A stretch of DNA of 64,000 nucleotides, from the NCBI GenBank assembly GCA_963662795.1, contig OY759746.1, positions 3,232,001-3,296,000 on the forward strand. Reading direction: 5' to 3'. Shown in pieces: positions 41,087 to 50,263 of the stretch. The notes beneath the pieces were generated by a model, which was given only the letters and a program-made list of their open reading frames with translations, was not told the DNA's origin and ran no database searches. Both the position numbers and the translations under genes were made by a program. Source of the DNA: Spirochaetia bacterium. Lineage in GTDB: Bacteria > Spirochaetota > Spirochaetia > CADAEX01. Numbering within the stretch: position 1 is the first letter of the stretch; the number at the start of each line of letters is the position of its first letter.

Positions 41087-42091
41087 CTAAGTTGAGCTGC
41101 ATTGACGTGCCATAGAGACTAAACGTTTTGTGAATTCCTCAAATGAAACACATCGGTTCTTTGGTATCATTGCAGCGATCCAATCTTTTCCACGCCCTTT
41201 TTTGTTTCCGCCATCCTTCATAAGAGGAGTAGGCAAAATAACAGGATCATCAAGAAAAAAATAAGTAAAAATTGAATCTTCTGAATCTAATTTTACACCA
41301 GATAGCCATTTGTCTATTAAATGTTGTTTCTCTCCTGCAAAAGTAGATAAATCATCTTTGAATGCAATTATTTCATGAGGTTTCGCGGAGATTATTCCAA
41401 CAATCTTTGATAGATAAGTAATCCCCTCTTTCTCACCAGAATTACGAGTGAAGTAAGGAGCAAAATAGAGAGGACTTCCAAAAATTTTGTCTCGTCTATA
41501 CAAGTTTGATTTTTTAAATTTTTTTAATTCGATACTGTTGCCCACATCTTGAATTAATATCTCTTTCTGATTTCTCAAATTGTACCCCCTGCGAAGATAA
41601 TTCTGAAACTCATTCATCAAAGAGTCTTCTTCAAATAATTTATCCTCAATTAAACTATCAACATCATTCCACCCGATATTTACAATTTCTATTTGCTCAT
41701 TCATTTTCAGCTTATAATCATTTGTTTGAGTTAATATACATAATATCTTGTTTGGAACATCTGAGAACGCATCTAAATATTGTTCTCGTTGTTTTTCTAT
41801 TTTATTACTTTTCACTTTACATTCAATTATTACATGGAAATAATTTTTCGATAATATCTCAATATCCGTTCTACCTTGTTCCCTTTTTTTTTCGATTTGT
41901 ATTGAAATATTTCTAAATCGATTCGGAGTATTCTTTATTGTTAGACCTATAAATCTGAGAAACGTGAATAGAAATTCTGGTCTTTTTGATAAAATATATG
42001 CAAAAGCTTTTGATAAACCTGTTTCATCATAACCAAGTAGATAAAATTGATTGATGGAGTAATTCTCAATTCCTTCTGGCTTTATTATCAT
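41087..42091 (-). CDS. Hypothetical protein with N-terminal PD-(D/E)XK nuclease-like domain
   Basis: DETGLSKAFAYIL, GRTDIEI......IIECKV, Q...Y; AT-rich; GGGAG RBS. Confidence 0.65.
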   Translation of the reverse strand: MIIKPEGIENYSINQFYLLGYDETGLSKAFAYILSKRPEFLFTFLRFIGLTIKNTPNRFRNISIQIEKKREQGRTDIEILSKNYFHVIIECKVKSNKIEKQREQYLDAFSDVPNKILCILTQTNDYKLKMNEQIEIVNIGWNDVDSLIEDKLFEEDSLMNEFQNYLRRGYNLRNQKEILIQDVGNSIELKKFKKSNLYRRDKIFGSPLYFAPYFTRNSGEKEGITYLSKIVGIISAKPHEIIAFKDDLSTFAGEKQHLIDKWLSGVKLDSEDSIFTYFFLDDPVILPTPLMKDGGNKKGRGKDWIAAMIPKNRCVSFEEFTKRLVSMARQCSST

Positions 42092-42140
42092 CTTTTAGCT
42101 CCCTTTGTGCATATAACATCTATAGTTAATAGTTTTACAT

Positions 42141-42964
42141 TCATTCTTTCCCCGCAGTCTGCTTGATGTTCTCACTCAACAGAAAAACCTGATAACAGTA
42201 AAAAAAAGCTTCAGGGTTTGTTTTCTTAAGTTTATTAAGACGCGTTTCAAAAGGCTGCTCTATAATTAAATCTGATATTTGAGCAGGCGAAACAAAGCGG
42301 ATAAAATGCTCCGCTTTGGTTTTAATCAGCATTGCACAATAAGCGGCGCGGGAAGCAAAAACAACAGCCCTTTCTATATGAAAATGCTCAGAATATATAA
42401 ACCTTGACATTTGCTTTATACCGTTCTGTAAAGCAGGAAAATCACCGCTGCCGCCTGATCCCCGTGTCGAGATACACATGGCTGTCCGGATTATTTCATC
42501 AATGACAATCAATCCGCTGTCTTTGATCTTTCGGTATCCAAGTTCAACAGATGCTATTTTCTCAAAAGTGCAGGCAACTAATTCTATGTCAGATATCATC
42601 TCAAAAAGAGTTCCGATATCATAGAGTTTCTTGATTATCTCCATTGAAGCGCAGTTTCCGTTTTTAATATTGGGAATGCCTGATGTATTAGGTGCAAAAG
42701 CTGTAAGCTTGTCTCCAAGGAGGTTTTCAAAATCAGCAGCTGATGGAACGATAATATCAATATCTATGGAAAATCGCTTCGGAAGCCCTGAAGCAGTATT
42801 ACAGCAGTTACCCCCTTAAATATATATGAAAGACCTGATAAGGAAAGTCCTTCAAGAAGCATAAATGCCCTGATCACCTTCTCAACCAGCATCCTGTCTG
42901 CGTTATGATTCTTTTCAGCAGTCTCACGTATCCATTCAACTGTTAATAATTCGTTTGTTATCAT
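42141..42964 (-). pseudogene. Degenerate AbiEii-type nucleotidyltransferase toxin
   Basis: LVEKVIRAF.LL....YIFKG(V)TA, then a frameshift near 42785 to KRFSIDIDII, joined almost directly to LLGDKLTAFAP..KLYDI; GGT motif altered and middle apparently deleted. Confidence 0.8.
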
Positions 42965-44208
42965 ACTCCTGAATTCAAGTCATAATAAAAATACCTATCA
43001 AAATATTTATTCGCCACATATACAGCCGCACCTATCAAAACTCCTTTTTTGTCTTTAAAGCTGGTATACAGTATGTTGTAATTTTTTTTCATTTTTGTGA
43101 GTGCAATAGCAGAAACTTTTTTTCTTATGCTATTAATAAATATTTCATCAGGATCATTAAAATTATTTGCTATTACAATTAACTCCGGATCACATACCAT
43201 GCTTATGTTAGATATGGCGATAGCAAACCAATTACTCCATTCCTCAATTATTGAAAAAGCAATTTCATCATTTTCTTTATATGCTGAAAGTAAGTCTTCA
43301 ACAACTATTGATTTTTTATAATAAATTGAATCTGGTTTAAAGAGATAGAGGTTTTGAGCTTTCTCGATATATCTGTCAGAAGTCCCCAAAGTCTCAAAAC
43401 AACCTGTCCCTCCGCATTTACATATTTCAGTTGTAAATGGATCAAGTCGCATGTGGCCTATTTCACCTGAAAGACAATTTATCCCATGATCAAGTATGCC
43501 ATTAAGATAAAGACCGCCACCCAGTCCATTAGCACCACTGTTGATAACTAGGATATTTTTATACCCTTTCCCTATCCCTTTTTCATATTCAGCAAGAGAC
43601 AGAAATCTGTTTTGATTGTCAATATATATATTAAGATCCTGGTGTGTGTGCTTCTTAATATTTTGTACAATTGGTACTGGACTTTTCCATGAAGGAAATC
43701 TAGGAGATGTAAGCAAAAGCCCATTAATTTGGTCTGTTACTCCATTTGTAGCAATTGAGACCCCTAGAAGATTTCTTTGAATATATTCAGGAAGCTTTGA
43801 AATATAGTTAATAAAATCAGAAATAATTAATGTTACTTTTTCAAAATATTCGTCCTTTCTGATCTTCACTATTTTTTCTATTTCAAAAAATGATTTTGGA
43901 TCTGTTACTACGAGTTTTATGTTTTCATGAAGTATGTGAATACAAATTGTATACCCATACTTGTGATTAAAAATATATAATTCTGGTTTTTTCCCTCCAT
44001 TATTTGAAGAAATACCTTTTCCTGCTTTTAAAATAAGATTTTTTGATTCCAAGTCTTCAATGATTTTAATAACAGTAGTTTTGCTTAACTTCATTTTCCG
44101 GGATACATCTGTAATTGTAATTTCTTCAGAATTACGAAATAAATCGAGAACATTTTTTTGATTATTATATTTTAAATCTCTGGCTTTATAGCCTGCATGT
44201 GTATTCAA
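42961..44208 (-). CDS. ROK family transcriptional regulator
   Basis: N-terminal HTH (LSKTTVIKIIEDL), GGKKP, GEIGHM and CKCGGTGCFE zinc motif. Confidence 0.92.
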   Translation of the reverse strand: MNTHAGYKARDLKYNNQKNVLDLFRNSEEITITDVSRKMKLSKTTVIKIIEDLESKNLILKAGKGISSNNGGKKPELYIFNHKYGYTICIHILHENIKLVVTDPKSFFEIEKIVKIRKDEYFEKVTLIISDFINYISKLPEYIQRNLLGVSIATNGVTDQINGLLLTSPRFPSWKSPVPIVQNIKKHTHQDLNIYIDNQNRFLSLAEYEKGIGKGYKNILVINSGANGLGGGLYLNGILDHGINCLSGEIGHMRLDPFTTEICKCGGTGCFETLGTSDRYIEKAQNLYLFKPDSIYYKKSIVVEDLLSAYKENDEIAFSIIEEWSNWFAIAISNISMVCDPELIVIANNFNDPDEIFINSIRKKVSAIALTKMKKNYNILYTSFKDKKGVLIGAAVYVANKYFDRYFYYDLNSGV

Positions 44209-44252
44209 AATATTATCCTTATAAAAAATAATAATTTAATTTAATTATATTG

Positions 44253-44290
44253 TAAACATTATTTATAAGATTATTTATAAATAATGTTTA
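44253..44290. promoter_or_regulatory. Candidate ROK operator, 16-bp perfect inverted repeat
   Basis: TAAACATTATTTATAA-gattat-TTATAAATAATGTTTA in the divergent promoter region. Confidence 0.55.
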
Positions 44291-44325
44291 TAAAGTATGT
44301 TTATAAATATTATTTATAATTATCG

Positions 44326-44353
44326 TTGACAAACACTAAATCTATGGTATTAT
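44326..44353 (+). promoter_or_regulatory. Sigma70-type promoter of the ABC operon
   Basis: TTGACA-16nt-TATTAT with TG extension. Confidence 0.7.
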
Positions 44354-44499
44354 TTTAATATACTATCAAGCAATAACATGGGAATATTACTGGTTTCGGT
44401 TATATGTATTGACTTGCTGTATCCTGATATAAGTTCTGAAAAAAAATAAAGGCAGCTTGGGGATTACTGTAAAAATATTTATAATTTATGGAGGTTTTT

Positions 44500-45681
44500 A
44501 TGAAAAAACTTTTCTTCTTTGTATTGATGGTTGTAATTGTTTGCAGCCTTGCATTGGCGAGTGGGAAAAAAGAAGCTCAAAGCACTTCATCCAAAACAGA
44601 CCCCGCTGTAATAATACAGCAGGTTACACAGATGACTATGGCAGAACTTACAGAGCAGGCAAAAAAAGAAGGTAGAGTCATCTGTTATACTTGGTCAAAT
44701 GAAGATTACTGGAAAGATCTTGGGGATGAATTTGAAAAAGATTATGGAATTAAAGTAGAGGTTATTCTAGCCGAACAAAGACCCGCAATAAGTAAAGCTC
44801 TATCAGAAAAAGATGGAAAAACAGGATCCTATGATGTTATGAGAGTCGGAGGAGACAGTGTCTCAATTGGTTTGTCAGCAAACTTATATCATGGGCCTAT
44901 CCTTAATAGTATATCTGTAAAAGACAAGCTCGACCCAGCTCTTTCTGTTAGGCAGGAAGGTGTTGTAACAAATGGTTATTTAGTTCCTTTTATGCAGAAT
45001 CAAGCATGTTTTGCTTATAATCCAAAAACAGTTAAAAACCCACCACAAACATGGGCAGAGCTAGAAAAATGGATAGAGAATAATCCAATGAAATTTGGAT
45101 TTTGTCCACCAGACAAAGGTGGATCAGGCCAAGCATTTGTTTTGGCAGCAATTAAACAACTTACAGGAGGCCTGGATCAATACTATCCAGATACCGAACT
45201 TGATGAGGAAAAAGTAAAGAAATGGGATAATGTTTGGGATTGGATGAATTCCTATAAGAAAAAAGTAACATTAACAACTTCAAATAAAGATTCTCTTTCC
45301 AGATTGAACCAAGGAGAACTTGATCTAGTTGCTGCATGGGCTGATAACGTATATTTGGCTGTAAAAGCAGGAGAACTTTTCAAGGATATTGGCGTATACA
45401 TCCCTGAATTTGGTATGCCTGGAGGAGGAGATTCTGTTGGTCTAATTAAAAATGCTCCCCACCCAGCAGCAGGATATTTATTTATAAATTATCTTGTTTC
45501 TGACAAAGCTCAAAAAATGGGTGTTAACAGATTAACTGGAACTCCTGCCCGAACTGATATTGAAGCAGCACATAAATATATTACAGAAAGAGATCTTAAA
45601 TATAAGCTTGCTTGGATTCCTGCTTTTTATAAGGGCAGATTTAAAGAAGATTTTACAAAATATGTTTTAATGGTTAGATAA
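44500..45681 (+). CDS. ABC transporter extracellular solute-binding protein (YnjB/PotD/AfuA-like clade)
   Basis: MKK signal peptide ending LASGKKE, PQTWAEL, KNAPHPAAGYLFINYL; GGAGG RBS. Confidence 0.88.
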   Translation: MKKLFFFVLMVVIVCSLALASGKKEAQSTSSKTDPAVIIQQVTQMTMAELTEQAKKEGRVICYTWSNEDYWKDLGDEFEKDYGIKVEVILAEQRPAISKALSEKDGKTGSYDVMRVGGDSVSIGLSANLYHGPILNSISVKDKLDPALSVRQEGVVTNGYLVPFMQNQACFAYNPKTVKNPPQTWAELEKWIENNPMKFGFCPPDKGGSGQAFVLAAIKQLTGGLDQYYPDTELDEEKVKKWDNVWDWMNSYKKKVTLTTSNKDSLSRLNQGELDLVAAWADNVYLAVKAGELFKDIGVYIPEFGMPGGGDSVGLIKNAPHPAAGYLFINYLVSDKAQKMGVNRLTGTPARTDIEAAHKYITERDLKYKLAWIPAFYKGRFKEDFTKYVLMVR

Positions 45682-45700
45682 TCCTATATTCAAATATTAA

Positions 45701-45732
45701 TATAGTATACCGGTAGTTACCGGTATACTATA
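45701..45732. terminator. Perfect hairpin after the binding-protein gene
   Basis: TATAGTATACCGGTA-gt-TACCGGTATACTATA followed by an A run (mRNA stabiliser or antisense terminator). Confidence 0.65.
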
Positions 45733-45757
45733 AAAAAAATGTTCTGAGGGGTGATAC

Positions 45758-46642
45758 ATGAAAAAATTGTTTATTGGGGTTAATGTTCCTAAGGCAGTGC
45801 CAATTACTGGATTATCAGAATATTTTAATACTGTAATAGAAAATGGATTCAACTGTGTTGAATTTGGTCTTTCAACTTTTCCAATTATAACTAACGGTTT
45901 TGTAAAAGAAGATTTTATAGATTATTTGAAACCAATATTTAAAAAACATTTCTTAAAATACTCTGCCCACATTGGGATGGGGCTAAATCTTCGTAATACT
46001 GAAGAATATGAGTTACATAAACAAGTATTGAAAGCATCAATTGATATTTGTGAAAAACTTAATTTAAATCCTTTAACCCTTCATTTTGAAGAAAGTTCAA
46101 AGTTTACTGATATTGAAGAAAAATTTTTTAAAGCACATGAAGAAGCAGCGACTTACGCTGAGAACAAAGGTGTTTTATTGTGTATGGAAAATATCGAAAT
46201 TGAAGTACATACAAAAGTTGTAGACATGATTAAAAGTATTGATCATAAGAATCTCAAGATGACACTTGATACAGGACATTTATATTTATCAACAAATTAT
46301 TTTGGTTACAATTATGATAAAGCAATTGAAGAATGTGCACCATATGTATCTCATCTACACCTAAGTGATAATATTGGACGATTTCAAAAGATGCGCCTTG
46401 ATAATTTTGATTTATACAGAACATTACCTCTGCCGTATAGAACAGCTTTTGGGTATGGTGATTTGCACATTCCCCCATTCTGGGGCGAAATTAACTTCGA
46501 AACTACGTTAAAGACACTTATTGCCCATGAATATAACGGATACTTTCTTTGTGAATATAACAGTAATTTATATGAACCATTTAATAAGAATATCCAAGAT
46601 AAAGTTCGTATGACTATTGAGAAATTATTTTTGGAGGGATAG
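45758..46642 (+). CDS. Sugar phosphate isomerase/epimerase family (xylose-isomerase-like TIM barrel)
   Basis: LCMEN, LDTGH, HLHLSDN, DLH.P, LCE metal-ligand pattern. Confidence 0.82.
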   Translation: MKKLFIGVNVPKAVPITGLSEYFNTVIENGFNCVEFGLSTFPIITNGFVKEDFIDYLKPIFKKHFLKYSAHIGMGLNLRNTEEYELHKQVLKASIDICEKLNLNPLTLHFEESSKFTDIEEKFFKAHEEAATYAENKGVLLCMENIEIEVHTKVVDMIKSIDHKNLKMTLDTGHLYLSTNYFGYNYDKAIEECAPYVSHLHLSDNIGRFQKMRLDNFDLYRTLPLPYRTAFGYGDLHIPPFWGEINFETTLKTLIAHEYNGYFLCEYNSNLYEPFNKNIQDKVRMTIEKLFLEG

Positions 46643-47716
46643 ATGCTGACTAATTATAGCCTTTCAGTAAGCAGTGTCAGCAAATATTTTGGCACATTTA
46701 AAGCATTAAACAATATTACTTTTAATGTAAAAAAAGGAGAATTTGTAACATTACTGGGGCCCTCGGGTTGTGGTAAAACAACGTTGCTAAGGATAATTGC
46801 AGGGTTTATTGATCCTGAAGAAGGGACCATAATGTTTGGAGATAGAATAGTTAACGATGTTCCTCCGAATAAGCGCAACACTGCTATGTGTTTTCAATCC
46901 TATGCCCTTTTTCCTCATAAGAGTGTTTATGAAAACGTTAGGTTCGGTCTTAGAATGAGAAAGGTTCCTGAAAATTTACATAAAGAAAAAGTAGAAGAAG
47001 CCATGAAAATGGTTAACTTGACAGGACTTGAGCAAAGAAGACCTTACGAACTTTCAGGAGGTCAGCAACAGCGTGTCGCATTGGCCCGTTCAATAGTTGT
47101 CAAACCTGAAATACTTCTTTTTGATGAACCATTATCAAATCTGGATGCTAAACTCAGAGAAAAAGTTCGTATTGAGATTCGCGAGCTTCAAAGAAGAATG
47201 GGAATTACTACAATTTATGTTACGCATGACCAATCTGAAGCTCTGGCAATATCAGATAAAATTATATCGATGAATAACGGAACAATTTTACAGGAAGCTG
47301 ATCCAAGAACTATTTATGAATCTCCCAATAATAAATTTGTTGCTGATTTTATTGGTGTAGCAAATATTATTACGGGAAAAATCATGAGAAAAACAGAAAA
47401 CATCTGTGTTTTTAATACTGAAATAGGTGAATTATCAACCACCGGATATTTTGATTCTAGATCTGATACCGTTTCTTTGTGCATACGGCCTGAAGATTTT
47501 TCTCCTTTATTAAAAGGAGAAAAACCTACAAATACAAATATTGTTACAGGAAGGGTGAAAAATTCTGTATATATGGGTAATATGCTGGACCTTTTTATAG
47601 AAGTTAATAACTACGTTTTACGTGGTAATGTTTCCAATGACAATGATATTGAACAGGGTACAATCATTGATATTGGAATCCCTTACAACAAAATACACAT
47701 TGTTAATGAGGCATAA
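46643..47716 (+). CDS. ABC transporter ATP-binding protein (PotA/FbpC-like, TOBE domain)
   Basis: GPSGCGKT, LSGGQQQR, FDEPLSNLD, VTHDQ. Confidence 0.95.
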   Translation: MLTNYSLSVSSVSKYFGTFKALNNITFNVKKGEFVTLLGPSGCGKTTLLRIIAGFIDPEEGTIMFGDRIVNDVPPNKRNTAMCFQSYALFPHKSVYENVRFGLRMRKVPENLHKEKVEEAMKMVNLTGLEQRRPYELSGGQQQRVALARSIVVKPEILLFDEPLSNLDAKLREKVRIEIRELQRRMGITTIYVTHDQSEALAISDKIISMNNGTILQEADPRTIYESPNNKFVADFIGVANIITGKIMRKTENICVFNTEIGELSTTGYFDSRSDTVSLCIRPEDFSPLLKGEKPTNTNIVTGRVKNSVYMGNMLDLFIEVNNYVLRGNVSNDNDIEQGTIIDIGIPYNKIHIVNEA

Positions 47717-48571
47717 TTGATAATGAATAAAAAAAATAAATTTGTTTGGGGATATTTGCTATTAATACCAGGTATAGGATATATAACACTTTTAATTACT
47801 GTCTCTGTTGTTATCATGTTTATGCAAAGTATTGGATTCTATAATTTCACTGGAACTTCAGGATTTACACTAATACACTGGAAAACACTGTTTAATGAAG
47901 TATTTTGGGATTCACTACTTTTTTCTCTAAAGATGGGTATTGGCAGCTCAATGATAAGCATAATTATTTGTTATCCTCTCGCTATATTGTTGCAGAAAGC
48001 GCCTGGGAAAAAAACACTTTTATCTTTAATGAAAATACCTATGTTCATCCCAGGGTTGGTTGCCTCTTTTTTAATAATAAATTTAATTGATTATCATGGT
48101 ATTCTCAATGTGTTTCTCCTGTGGATAGGAGTTATAGAGGAACCGCTACGATTGAGAAATGATGATTATGGTATAGGTGCATTAATGATTTTAATCTGGA
48201 AGAATGTCCCTTTTCAAATGATTATAATGTATTCGGCTATCGACGCCATACGAAAAGATGTAATTAATGCTGCTAAAAACTTGGGAGCGACACCTTTTCA
48301 AGTATTATACGATATAATTATTCCAATCACGCTACCATCAGCTTTAGTTGCAATAATACTTGTTTTTATACGCAGCTTTTATAATTTTGCAATAATCAGT
48401 ACGGCTGGACCTCTCTACCCATCCAATATTTCCGCACTAATGTATAAAAATGCTTTTTTATTTGACAGATGGAATACATCGGCATGTATTGGAGTTATTA
48501 TGATGATTTCGTCTATTTTATTTATTAGTATTTATACTCTTATTGGTAAAAAACTAGCAAGATTACACTAA
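47717..48571 (+). CDS. ABC transporter permease
   Basis: TM helices and EAA-like loop NAAKNLGA. Confidence 0.9.
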   Translation: MIMNKKNKFVWGYLLLIPGIGYITLLITVSVVIMFMQSIGFYNFTGTSGFTLIHWKTLFNEVFWDSLLFSLKMGIGSSMISIIICYPLAILLQKAPGKKTLLSLMKIPMFIPGLVASFLIINLIDYHGILNVFLLWIGVIEEPLRLRNDDYGIGALMILIWKNVPFQMIIMYSAIDAIRKDVINAAKNLGATPFQVLYDIIIPITLPSALVAIILVFIRSFYNFAIISTAGPLYPSNISALMYKNAFLFDRWNTSACIGVIMMISSILFISIYTLIGKKLARLH

Positions 48572-48582
48572 AGAGGTAAAAA

Positions 48583-49437
48583 TTGATTAATTCGAGAAAA
48601 CATGGAATATCACTTACAAAAAAACTATCTTTATATCTTATTCCTTTTTCTGTTGGTATAATATTTTTAGCATGGGTAGTTTTGCCAATAGTAATGGCAC
48701 TGTTGTGGTCACTTGTCAATCCTGAATATTCATGGTCATATCCAGATCTCTTTCCGAAATCATTTTCCTTGTATCATTGGAAATATATTTTTAAGTATTC
48801 CAATATTGTTTCCTCAATTTATAATAGCTTAATAATTGCAGTCTGCTCTACATTGTTGTCCTTTGTTCTTTCGCTTCCTACAGCATATGCATTGGGGCGA
48901 CTCGATTTAAAAGGAAAAGAGATTTTTAAAATTATAATTCTTATCCCACTAATTTTTCCTGGAATGTCAATGGCATTGTTTTTGGGTAGATTTTTATTTA
49001 TGCTCGGTCTTTCTCAGACATATATAGGTGTAATAATGGCACACACACTCATCGGTATTCCATATATGCTTAGGGTTTTAATAGTAAACTTTGAATCCCT
49101 GCCTCAAGAATTGATTGATGCTGCAGAAAATCTGGGGGCAGGGGGTATGGTAAAATTTACTGAGATAGTATTACCTTTGATACTCCCTGGAATAGTGTCT
49201 GGATCAATCTTTACTTTTATAATGAGCATGGAAGAATTCAATCTTACTTTTGTTATTGGAATTCCTAACATAAACACGATTCCTACAATACTTTTTTCAT
49301 ATCTTGGAGAAAATTTTTATAGAACAGCGGCTTCGGTTGTTTCTCTAATTCTTGTCATCCCCAACATAACAGCCTTGATTATAACAGAACAGCAAATAAA
49401 GACTGAATATTTAGGGGCTTCTTTAGGAAAAATGTAA
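48583..49437 (+). CDS. ABC transporter permease
   Basis: TM helices and DAAENLGA loop. Confidence 0.9.
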   Translation: MINSRKHGISLTKKLSLYLIPFSVGIIFLAWVVLPIVMALLWSLVNPEYSWSYPDLFPKSFSLYHWKYIFKYSNIVSSIYNSLIIAVCSTLLSFVLSLPTAYALGRLDLKGKEIFKIIILIPLIFPGMSMALFLGRFLFMLGLSQTYIGVIMAHTLIGIPYMLRVLIVNFESLPQELIDAAENLGAGGMVKFTEIVLPLILPGIVSGSIFTFIMSMEEFNLTFVIGIPNINTIPTILFSYLGENFYRTAASVVSLILVIPNITALIITEQQIKTEYLGASLGKM

Positions 49438-49466
49438 TAATGCATTTATAATACGAATTCAGGACT

Positions 49467-50206
49467 TTAAATTTCTTCCTGTTCATGATTATTTTCTGTC
49501 CTGTTTATTATATCCCGCATAAAAACATCCCTGTTTCGACGTTTCGCGTACCTCTTCAGTCTACCGGTGTTTATGGTGTATTTATTAAAAGCATTCCTTA
49601 AGACATTAACAAGTTCATTTCCCTTAAGAAAACTGAAAAGCTTTTCTGCACTAAGGTCAACCATGATTTTTTCAAGGGAGGGGACAGGTATATTCTCTTT
49701 ATTAACGAGAGGGGCCTCACTCGGGAGAGTTTTTACGACAATTGCGTCACTGACATCAGGAAGATAGTTATCAAATATTTCATCTGACGGTTCCTTAAAA
49801 ACATTTTTTTCCGTAGTTTTTAACAGGAAAAAAACTGAATCAACAGTATCCTTTTCTGCCTCTACAATAAGATAATTATTCTTCGCAATGTGATGATAAA
49901 ACCCGGCAATAACACCGGCAGGCCATATGCAGAAACGGACCAGGGGATAATTTCCCCTGATACTCATCGAAATTTTCCTTTGACAGGCATCTATTTCCCA
50001 GGAAAAATCAATTTTCTTGCCATGGGAAAACAATCCTCGCCCTGTCCGCTTTATCACCCATTTCCTGACAAGATCATATACCCTCTAGTTCACAGTAGAG
50101 CGGTGGATATCCTTTTCCCATTGAGTGTAAAAATTATACAATTCGTGGTGGTAAAGGTTTTGCGGTTTTGAAAGTATTCTGAAATCATATTTTTATTAAT
50201 CTTCAT
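49467..50206 (-). pseudogene. Degenerate AbiEi-like antitoxin (DUF6577-like)
   Basis: ATG at 50206; frameshifts and an in-frame TAG in the N-terminal wHTH (ELYNFY..STVN*R.YDLV..VIKRTGRG), then PSLEKIMVDL and RYAKRR at the C-terminus. Confidence 0.75.
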
Positions 50207-50222
50207 AACAATTTAATTATAT

Positions 50223-50263
50223 CAAATTATCGGCAAAATATCGATAAAATTGCTGTTAATTTG
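50223..50263. promoter_or_regulatory. Inverted-repeat operator over the antitoxin promoter
   Basis: CAAATTATCGGCAA-13nt-TTGCTGTTAATTTG (12/14), adjacent to minus-strand TGaTATAAT at 50224-50216. Confidence 0.6.

Larger units (their letters stand above)
42971..49461. mobile_element. Inserted AT-rich cargo cassette flanked by the 7-bp direct repeat GAATTCA
   Basis: GAATTCA at 42971-42977 and 49455-49461; separates the AbiEi-like and AbiEii-like genes; no integrase or transposase inside. Confidence 0.65.

Noticed and set aside
41087-42117. PD-(D/E)XK gene as an integron cassette (minus-strand GTTATAT just before the RBS, GCTCAAC at the 3' end)
   Set aside because: The two core sites are not complementary, I could not build an attC stem with L boxes, and there is no intI or second cassette; IntegronFinder would settle it
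44250-44320. CRISPR-like array
   Set aside because: Units are only 7 bp with 5-6 bp gaps and there are no cas genes; no CRISPR array seen anywhere in the window
42971-49461. Cassette as a ligated EcoRI fragment or cloning artefact
   Set aside because: Internal GAATTC sites exist (45246, 49234) and the shared repeat extends to 7 bp, so a simple complete-digest ligation does not fit
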